Source: Geotalea uraniireducens Rf4 (lineage in GTDB: Bacteria > Desulfobacterota > Desulfuromonadia > Geobacterales > Geobacteraceae). Taken from it: 32,000 nt of DNA. The notes beneath the pieces were generated by a model. It had not been told where the DNA came from. It did not search any database and saw nothing but the letters and a program-made list of their open reading frames with translations. Positions 15,638-22,814 of this stretch are shown here, piece by piece (position 1 is the first letter of the stretch; every line of letters begins with the position of its first letter). The stretch spans positions 1,500,001 to 1,532,000 of the forward strand of contig NC_009483.1 in NCBI RefSeq assembly GCF_000016745.1, in the 5' to 3' direction. The position numbers were made by a program, and so were the translations under genes.

Positions 15638-17668
15638 TTAGACAATTTTGCCGGATAAATCCCGGCGTACATCCACCCTGTTATCATAAAAGGTGCTTCC
15701 ATTCCCCTCGTCGGTGAGACGCTGGGATGTAAGAGCATTGACCGAGCGGGAACCGGGGGCGTACGCCAGCCACCAGACACCTTCCGCAACCACCACCCCG
15801 CTGGGAACCTTCGGTGTGACCCGGAGGATAAAAGCCACTTCTCCCAGGCCATTCCAGGCAATAACCCGCTCGCCGTCCATGAGGCCCAGCTTCTGCGCAT
15901 CGGCCGGGTTCATCTGCAACGACATGCCCCCCTGTCTGCGGCGCAGTTCCTCCTGCTCGTAAAAGGAGGCGTTAAGGGCAAACAGGGTCGGTGCGGTCAT
16001 GAGCCGGAAGGGAAAGGGGTCTTTTTCGCCGTGGGGGGGGAGGTAGCAGGGGAGGGGATGGTGCTCCCGCGGGTTGAGGATTTCGATCTTTCCCGATGGC
16101 GTCCTGAAGCTGCTTGTCGGGCCGGCCGGTATGGAGAGCTCCACCGCTTTGCCGGCTGCAAGGGCCTCCATGTCGATCCCTGCCCGCATGGGTGTGGGGA
16201 TGGCGAGCAGATGGTCGATCAGTTCATCGGCGCTCTGGCGGAAGAACGGCTCATTGAAGCCCATTGCCTCGGCCAGCAGACCGAAAACTTCCCAGTTGGA
16301 CTTGCTCTCGCCAACGGCAGGGATGACGGCCTTGGCGCGCTGGACGCAATAGGTGCCGTAGCTGCGATAGAGGTCGCTGTGCTCAAGGGATGATGTGGCG
16401 GGGAGGATGATGTCCGCATAACGGGCGGTGTCGGTCATGAACCGTTCGTGGACCACGGTGAACAGGTCCTCCCGTGCGAGCCCCCTGAGAACGGCATTCT
16501 GGTCCGGGGTTACTGCAGCGGGATTCGAGTGGTAGACGTAGAGTCCCATTACCGGCGGATCGTTCATGTCGTTCAGGGAGTGTCCCAGGCGGTTCATGTT
16601 GACGATGCGGGTGGGGTGCGCCATGAAATCCTCCCGGATCACCTCTTTCATGGCAAAGGCCGGGCCGGTGGAGGTGCCGGGGAAGCAGCCCCCGCTGTTT
16701 ATGCCGTAGGCGCCTGTCAGCGCCGGGAGGCAGGCGATGGTGCGCACGGTCATGGCGCCATTGCCGTAGCGGGAGAGACCGCTGCCGAGGCGGATGAACG
16801 GGGCGGCGGCAGCTCCGTACTCCTTTGCCATCTGCTCGATGACTTCCACCGGCAGGCCTGTGAGCCTGCTCGCTTCTTCCGGCGGATATGCAGCGATGAC
16901 CTGTTCTTTCAGTTCGGCAAAGCCCTGTACGTGGTCATTGATGAAATCCTGGTCTACCAGGCCGTCTCGCACCAGGACGTGCATGAGTCCCAGGGCCAGG
17001 GCCCCGTCGCTGCCGGGACGAACGAGAAAAGTCCGGTCTGCCGCAGCCGCGGTCGGGGTCTCGTAGGTGTCGATCAGCCATACCTTTGCGCCGTTTTTCT
17101 TTGCTTCCCGCACCCCGTGCAGGAAATGGATGCTGGTGGCCGCGGCATTGATTCCCCAGAGGATCACCAGGTCGCTCTTGGCTACCGTGTCCGGGTGGGG
17201 AGCGGCCGTCTCGCCCATGACCGCCTGCCATCCGGCGTCCTTTGCCGGCGAGCAGATGGTCCTGGCCAGACGGGAGGCGCCGAGGCGGTGGAAGAAGGGG
17301 TGGCCGCTGTTTCGCTGGACGAGCCCCATGGTGCCGGCGTAGGAGTATGGGAGGATGGCTTCCGCACCGGATTTTTCGATGATCCCCTGCCAGCGGCCGG
17401 CAATTTCGGCAATCGCATCTTTCCAGGAGATGGGGCGGAAACTGTCCGTGCCCTTGGCGCCGGTGCGGATGAGCGGCGTAGTGAGGCGGAGCGGTGAGTG
17501 GACCGTCTCCTCGTAGTGGAGCATCTTCGGGCAGAGCATGCTGCGGGTATAGGGATGTTCAGGGTCGCCGCTTACCTTTACAGCCCTGTCGCCAACCACC
17601 TCCACCAAAAGGCCGCAGGTGTCCGGGCAGTCGTAGGGGCAGACCGAACGTTTGATCTCACCGGGCAT
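15638..17668 (-). CDS. Cytoplasmic molybdopterin (bis-MGD) oxidoreductase, MopB superfamily
   Basis: The N-terminal CPYDCPDTCG...LCPK is a 4Fe-4S cluster motif. There is no twin-arginine signal. 676 aa, with a C-terminal molybdopterin-dinucleotide-binding-like end. Confidence 0.8.
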   Translation of the reverse strand: MPGEIKRSVCPYDCPDTCGLLVEVVGDRAVKVSGDPEHPYTRSMLCPKMLHYEETVHSPLRLTTPLIRTGAKGTDSFRPISWKDAIAEIAGRWQGIIEKSGAEAILPYSYAGTMGLVQRNSGHPFFHRLGASRLARTICSPAKDAGWQAVMGETAAPHPDTVAKSDLVILWGINAAATSIHFLHGVREAKKNGAKVWLIDTYETPTAAAADRTFLVRPGSDGALALGLMHVLVRDGLVDQDFINDHVQGFAELKEQVIAAYPPEEASRLTGLPVEVIEQMAKEYGAAAAPFIRLGSGLSRYGNGAMTVRTIACLPALTGAYGINSGGCFPGTSTGPAFAMKEVIREDFMAHPTRIVNMNRLGHSLNDMNDPPVMGLYVYHSNPAAVTPDQNAVLRGLAREDLFTVVHERFMTDTARYADIILPATSSLEHSDLYRSYGTYCVQRAKAVIPAVGESKSNWEVFGLLAEAMGFNEPFFRQSADELIDHLLAIPTPMRAGIDMEALAAGKAVELSIPAGPTSSFRTPSGKIEILNPREHHPLPCYLPPHGEKDPFPFRLMTAPTLFALNASFYEQEELRRRQGGMSLQMNPADAQKLGLMDGERVIAWNGLGEVAFILRVTPKVPSGVVVAEGVWWLAYAPGSRSVNALTSQRLTDEGNGSTFYDNRVDVRRDLSGKIV

Positions 17669-17919
17669 GGAAACCTCCGTATTGCCGTAATGAAAATGAG
17701 TAGCGTCAGTGGCTTTATAGCATGAAACAGCCTGAAATCAAGTCGGCTAATTGCCCGCAACCTGACTTTTTCACAGGGGCTCAAGTGGTATGGCCAGATA
17801 TGAGTCCGGCTTAATCTTTGTCTTGACTTAGGTGAAAGAAAAGACTTATTATAAGACATTAAAATATTGCGCTTTATCATTTTTACCGTTGTTGGTGCGT
17901 TTGACTGTTATGCGGAGCA

Positions 17920-20505
17920 TTGTCCATGCGCATGCGGAACATGAGCCTGAAAACCAGGATGGCGCTGGCAGTTTCTTCCCTGTTTGTCGTATTTACCACG
18001 ACTTTGGTCTGTTTCGCAGTCTCTTATTATGAACGTGAGTATAAAAAGACCATATCCCGCCAACAGTACGCCCTTGTTTCGTCTCTGGCGAACAGTGTCG
18101 ACGACAAGCTCGAAATCCTTCTCAATGCCCTTGAAGCGGGCTCACCGAAAATATCCCTCGACGACATTACCAATGCCGACAGCGCACAACGCTTCCTAGA
18201 CAACAGATTCACCCTGACTTCCCTTTTCGACAACGGGCTCTTTATTATCTCCCGGGATGGGCGGCTGATTGCCGAAAGTCCCTATCTTCCCAACCGGCGA
18301 GGGAAGGATATTTCGTTTCGCGATTTCTATAAAAAGACCGTTGCTGCAGGACGGCCGCAGATTTCCGAGCCGTACCTTTCCACCCACAATCCCGACCAAC
18401 CGGCGATCATGCTGACCGTGCCCATCTTCGACCGGCAAGGTAAAATGCTTGCAATCCTCGGCGGCAGCATCAACCTGATGGGCAAGAACATCCTTCAGGG
18501 ACTCACCCCCTTTAATATCGGGGCCACCGGCTATATCTATCTTTGCGACAGCAATCGGAACCTTATCGTGCATCCTGATAAGAGCAGGATCATGAAACCG
18601 GGGACGCCGCCCGGCGTCAACATGATGTTCGACAGGGCGATAGCCGGTTTTGAGGGGAGCGGGGAAACGGTCAATTCGAGCGGGGTGACGGTGCTTGCCT
18701 CCTTCAAGCATCTTCGTACCACCGACTGGATATTAGCGGCCAATTATCCCGTAGCCGAGGCCTATGCGCCGCTCCACAAAGCGGTGTATTACTTCGTCTC
18801 CGCCATTACGGTGGGGGTGCTTGCCGTGCTGCTCCTCGCCTGGCTGCTGATGAAACGCCTGACAGAGCCTTTGCTGGCATTTACCCGTCATGTGGAGTCC
18901 TTGCCGGAAAAGGCGGGGGCGCAGAAACAGATTGCGGTTGATTCCTCCGACGAAATCGGCACTCTGGCCAAGGCATTCAATGCCATGCTCTGCGAACTGG
19001 AGCGGCGACAGGAAGCCTTGCGCGAGAGCGAGGAGCGTTACAAGGCTGTTTTTCAGAATAGCCACACGGTGATGATGCTGCTGGACCCGGAAACGGCGGA
19101 GATCGTCGATGTCAACACCGCGGCGTGCAGGTTCTACGGCCATGCAAAAGACGAGCTGACGAGGATGAGGGTCACGGAGATCAACACCCTGCCGCCAAGC
19201 GAAGTATTCGCGGAGATGAACCTGGCCCGGCGCGAGGAGCGGAATTGCTTTTCATTCCGGCACCGGCTTGCGGATGGAAGCATCCGTGACGTTGAGGTCC
19301 ACGGCGGTCCCGTGAGGGTAAAGGGGAAATTGCTGCTCTTCTCGGTCATTCACGATATTACGGCACGCAAAGAGGCTGAGGACGCGTTCAATGCGTCTCA
19401 TACCCTTCTTGAAAAGACCCTGGCAAGCCTCAACGAGGCGGTGTTCATCGTCGAAACCAAAACAAGGGAAATTCAGGATTGCAATATCACCGCCTTGAAG
19501 ATGTTCGGCTATGAGCGGGACCAACTGATTGGCGCACGTACATCCTGTTTGCATGTAACGGAGGAAAACTCCGAATGGTTCGGCAGTGAAATGCTGAAAA
19601 GTTATGAGAGGAAAGGGTACTTTGAGGTCCTGTTTCAGATGAAACGGGCTGATGGTACGGTTTTCCCGTCAGAACATTTCGTGACCCCCATCTATGATAG
19701 CGACGGAAATATTACGAGTAACGTGTGTGTGGTGCGTGACATTACCGAACGAAAACGGGCGGAGGATGAATCCCGACGCCTCAATGAGCTGCTCGAACAG
19801 CGGGTCGGCGAACGCACGGCCGAGCTGGAGGCGTCCAACAAGGAGCTGGAAGCATTCTGCTATTCCGTTTCCCACGATCTCCGCACCCCCCTGCGCGGCA
19901 TCGACGGCTTCTGTTCCATTGTCCGGCAAGACTACGCCGACAAGCTGGATAAGCCTGGACGGGAGTATCTTGAGCGGATCGGCTCCGCTGCCGTACGCAT
20001 GGGACAGTTGATCGACGATCTGCTCAATCTCTCCATGGTAACGCGCAGCCAGTTGACCTATGACATGGTTGACCTGAGTCACCTTGCCCGCGACATCGCC
20101 CAGGAATTTCTGCTGCTGGAGCCGGATCGCCGGGTCGAGTTCGAAATCGCCGACGGGGTGATGGCTAAAGCCGATCGCCGGTTGATCCGGAGTGCCCTGG
20201 AAAACATGCTGCACAACGCCTGGAAGTTCAGCAGTCGCGAGCAATGTACGAGAATCGAGTTCGGTGTCGACACCAGCGAAGGGGATCACATATATTATGT
20301 GCGCGACAACGGCGTCGGTTTTGACATGATTTACGCCCACAAGCTGTTCAGGCCTTTCCAGCGACTGCACGGAATGACCGAATTCGTGGGAACCGGCGTC
20401 GGTCTCGCTTCGGTCCAGCGTATTGTTGCCCGCCACGGGGGACGGGTCTGGGTAGAGGCGGAGCCCGGCAAAGGAGCCACATTTTTTTTCACCCTGGCAA
20501 ACTGA
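17920..20505 (+). CDS. Sensor histidine kinase (periplasmic Cache-like domain, HAMP, two PAS, HisKA, HATPase_c)
   Basis: Two TM segments flank a ~270-aa Cache-like region. H-box FCYSVSHDLRTPL; N/G boxes HNAWKF...DNGVGF...GTGVGL. An alternative start at 17941 is possible. Confidence 0.85.
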   Translation: MSMRMRNMSLKTRMALAVSSLFVVFTTTLVCFAVSYYEREYKKTISRQQYALVSSLANSVDDKLEILLNALEAGSPKISLDDITNADSAQRFLDNRFTLTSLFDNGLFIISRDGRLIAESPYLPNRRGKDISFRDFYKKTVAAGRPQISEPYLSTHNPDQPAIMLTVPIFDRQGKMLAILGGSINLMGKNILQGLTPFNIGATGYIYLCDSNRNLIVHPDKSRIMKPGTPPGVNMMFDRAIAGFEGSGETVNSSGVTVLASFKHLRTTDWILAANYPVAEAYAPLHKAVYYFVSAITVGVLAVLLLAWLLMKRLTEPLLAFTRHVESLPEKAGAQKQIAVDSSDEIGTLAKAFNAMLCELERRQEALRESEERYKAVFQNSHTVMMLLDPETAEIVDVNTAACRFYGHAKDELTRMRVTEINTLPPSEVFAEMNLARREERNCFSFRHRLADGSIRDVEVHGGPVRVKGKLLLFSVIHDITARKEAEDAFNASHTLLEKTLASLNEAVFIVETKTREIQDCNITALKMFGYERDQLIGARTSCLHVTEENSEWFGSEMLKSYERKGYFEVLFQMKRADGTVFPSEHFVTPIYDSDGNITSNVCVVRDITERKRAEDESRRLNELLEQRVGERTAELEASNKELEAFCYSVSHDLRTPLRGIDGFCSIVRQDYADKLDKPGREYLERIGSAAVRMGQLIDDLLNLSMVTRSQLTYDMVDLSHLARDIAQEFLLLEPDRRVEFEIADGVMAKADRRLIRSALENMLHNAWKFSSREQCTRIEFGVDTSEGDHIYYVRDNGVGFDMIYAHKLFRPFQRLHGMTEFVGTGVGLASVQRIVARHGGRVWVEAEPGKGATFFFTLAN

Positions 20506-20553
20506 AGATATCGATGCTTGCCTGCGGGTAGTTTTTCCTGCTATAACTCGACC

Positions 20554-21111
20554 ATGAAACAAGAGCAAAAGCAGGTCTCCATCTGGGAGATTTTCAGGAC
20601 GTTTTTTTATGTCGGCGCTACCGGCTTTGGCGGCGGCATGGCAATAGTTTCCCTTACCGAGCGGGTCTGTGTTCATGAAAAGCGCTGGCTGGGGGTCGAT
20701 GAATTCATGCACGGCCTCGCCTTCGGTCAGATTCTCGGCCCTTTTTCCCTGAATACGACAGTCTTTATCGGCTATTACCTGCGCGGCGTGGTCGGTGGGG
20801 TCACTGCCGGCGTCGGATTCATCGCCCCGTCATTCTGTATCATCTCGCTTCTTTCCTGGCTCTACTTTAAATTCCACGAACTGCCCCAGCTCCAATCCGC
20901 CCTCAAAGGGACCAACCCCGTGGTCATCGCGCTCATTCTCGTGGCTGCGATCGGCATGACGCGCAGCAAGGTGAAAGGGCTCAATGACTGGCTGCTGGCG
21001 GTCCTCTCCTTTGCCGCGGCGGCTTTTTTCAACATGAATGCGCTCGCTATCCTGGTCCTGGCCGGGTTGTGGTCGCTGGGGCGCGGCTACTACCAGAGGG
21101 AACACCGCTGA
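20554..21111 (+). CDS. chrA: Chromate transporter (CHR) family protein, short form, first of a pair
   Basis: Reads WEIFRTFFYVGATGFGGGMAIV... The ATG at 20554 is preferred over the upstream TTG in the ORF track. Confidence 0.8.
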   Translation: MKQEQKQVSIWEIFRTFFYVGATGFGGGMAIVSLTERVCVHEKRWLGVDEFMHGLAFGQILGPFSLNTTVFIGYYLRGVVGGVTAGVGFIAPSFCIISLLSWLYFKFHELPQLQSALKGTNPVVIALILVAAIGMTRSKVKGLNDWLLAVLSFAAAAFFNMNALAILVLAGLWSLGRGYYQREHR

Positions 21112-21635
21112 TGGCCGCCATATTCAACCTTGCCTGGATTTTTCTCAAGATCGGCCTGATTTTTTTCGGCGGCGGTTATGTGCTGATTCCTCTCCTCCAC
21201 CGGATCATGGTCGAGCAGTTCCATTGGCTGACGCTCAAGGAGTTCCTTGACGGGCTGGCGCTTTCCCAGCTTACTCCCGGTCCGCTCGCCATGCTGGCCA
21301 CCTTCACCGGTTTCCGGGCCGGCGGCTTTGTGGGAGGGCTGGTGGCAACGGTTTTCATCTTCCTTCCCTGCACAGCACTTATGCTGTTCCTTTCAAGCCG
21401 TTATGAAAAACTGCGCAACATGGAACTGATCAAGACCGCCCTGGACGGCATCCTGCCTGCCGTGGTCGGCCTGGTTACCGCAGCGGCCTACAGCCTGGGG
21501 AAAACGTCGCTGTTGTCCCCCCGCGATTTTTTCCTCCTCGGAGGGGGATTCCTTATCCTCCAGTTCACCAAGCTGAGCCCGATGGTGGTGATTCTCGGGT
21601 CGGGCGCGATCGGATATTTCTTCCACTTTTCCTAG
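21111..21635 (+). CDS. chrA: Chromate transporter (CHR) family protein, short form, second of a pair
   Basis: Reads MAAIFNLAWIFLKIGLIFFGGGYVLIPLL... Its ATG overlaps the preceding TGA by 1 nt (TGATG). Confidence 0.8.
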   Translation: MAAIFNLAWIFLKIGLIFFGGGYVLIPLLHRIMVEQFHWLTLKEFLDGLALSQLTPGPLAMLATFTGFRAGGFVGGLVATVFIFLPCTALMLFLSSRYEKLRNMELIKTALDGILPAVVGLVTAAAYSLGKTSLLSPRDFFLLGGGFLILQFTKLSPMVVILGSGAIGYFFHFS

Positions 21636-21796
21636 GAGTCTGTCGGACTTAGGGAATCGTAGCGAGAGAATGGCAAATCGAGGACAGATTTTCGGAAATT
21701 TGAGAGCGAATAGTGGACCTATTTGTCGAAAATTTCCGGTAATATGGACCGATTTTCCGTTCTCGCAGTAGATTCATTCCTAAGTCCGACAGGCTC
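21636..21796. mobile_element. 161-bp non-coding palindromic, MITE-like element flanked by CTAG on both sides
   Basis: GAGTCTGTCGGACTTAGG (21636-21653) pairs with CCTAAGTCCGACAGGCTC (21779-21796) at 17 of 18 positions. Inner arms also pair. CTAG lies at 21632-21635 and at 21797-21800. Confidence 0.55.
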
Positions 21797-21814
21797 CTAG
21801 GACCCCAACAACCC

Positions 21815-21994
21815 AAAAACGGCAGTTAGCCACGAATGACACGAATGACACGAATAAACACGAATGTTTTTAACCCTTGTTAAATCTTGAGAAGCCACCG
21901 ATCTGGTGAGTACCTTTTGCATCACAAGTGGTTGTATATTCGTGCAAATTCGTGCAAATTCGTGCAAATTCGTGGTTAAAATGCTTTTTATAGG
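21815..21994 (+). repeat. Copy 2 (best preserved) of the CACGAA-arm palindromic repeat element
   Basis: The left arm is CACGAATGA x4 (9-nt units). The right arm is ATTCGTGCAA x3.5 (10-nt units) in inverted orientation. A central ~75 nt contains a CACC-N5-GGTG hairpin. Confidence 0.8.
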
Positions 21995-21995
21995 A

Positions 21996-22151
21996 TCAAT
22001 TGTCATCCCCCGGCCATCTTCGCATGCAGTAAAAGCACTCTTCGACTGCGTGGGGAATGGTGTCCCGTAGCTGTTCTTTTTCGTATTTTACGGTGCACCG
22101 TTTCGGGGCGGGGTAGCAGTGAAGTTTGTTTTCTTTGACAAAGTAGAGCAT
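21996..22151 (-). CDS. Unlisted small ORF, 51-aa Cys4 protein (possible zinc ribbon)
   Basis: MLYFVKENKLHCYPAPKRCTVKYEKEQLRDTIPHAVEECFYCMRRWPGDDN. GGAGG sits 6 nt upstream of the ATG. It starts 32 nt downstream of the DksA-like gene on the same strand. It is below the ORF-track size cutoff. Confidence 0.5.
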   Translation of the reverse strand: MLYFVKENKLHCYPAPKRCTVKYEKEQLRDTIPHAVEECFYCMRRWPGDDN

Positions 22152-22183
22152 GGCTTACCTCCATTTTCCCAGTTTATGATTCG

Positions 22184-22576
22184 TTACATTTTTGTCCCGG
22201 GGGGATAGGGTGGGCCTTCGCTCCGTTCCTGACACTTGATGCAGTATCGGGTGTAGGGAGCTACCTTCATTCGTTCGGTATCTATTTCTAATCCGCATTC
22301 ATCGCAGACTCCGTAGGTTCCTTCCGACAACCTCCGTTCTGCCTCTTCCATCAGCGTCAGCTCCTGCCGCCTGATGTCGGCAATGGACAGGCCGGTATCT
22401 TCCAGGAGATCGGCAAGCCCCCGCTCTGCATCGTCCAGGGCTATCTCGAACTGGGTATGATACTCCTCTCCCAGTTTACCGAAGAGTTCCCCCCGGAGTT
22501 CGTTCCATAGCTTGCGTTTCTTCTCCATTATTATCTCTTTGAGCAGTTGATCTCTTTTTGCCTTTGCTGAAGTCAT
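22184..22576 (-). CDS. DksA/TraR-family C4 zinc-finger protein
   Basis: CDECGLEIDTERMKVAPYTRYCIKC forms a CxxC-N17-CxxC finger, preceded by a coiled-coil-like N-terminal half. Confidence 0.85.
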   Translation of the reverse strand: MTSAKAKRDQLLKEIIMEKKRKLWNELRGELFGKLGEEYHTQFEIALDDAERGLADLLEDTGLSIADIRRQELTLMEEAERRLSEGTYGVCDECGLEIDTERMKVAPYTRYCIKCQERSEGPPYPPGTKM

Positions 22577-22814
22577 CTGGACCTCCTTCCAGTGGGAAAT
22601 GGTGGCGGGAGCCTATCGAATGCCTGGAATCGACATGATTAGCGTATTTAAATTTTATCATGGAAAGGGAAAAATAAAACAGCTCTCCTTCTCTCTTTGC
22701 CGGATACCCGATTCATTGCGACTTTCGATGTGGTTTCTTTGTGTTGAAGATATATAATGTGAAGTGTGATACCTGTCGATGGTCATCAACGCGAGCTTCA
22801 CAGGGGGGTAAGTT

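Noticed and set aside
17669-17830. Possible Moco riboswitch upstream of the molybdopterin oxidoreductase
   Set aside because: Reading the minus strand, I found none of the conserved Moco-motif blocks (GCCUCCGAGCC, AAAGG...CCCGCC).
21930-21975. ATTCGTGCAA tandem units considered as a possible CRISPR-like array
   Set aside because: The units are 10 nt with no spacers, and they form the inverted arm of a palindromic element. No cas genes are present.
21797-22006. 69-aa ORF on the minus strand
   Set aside because: It is composed almost entirely of the CACGAA repeat element arms and core. It is not conserved as a frame in the other two copies.
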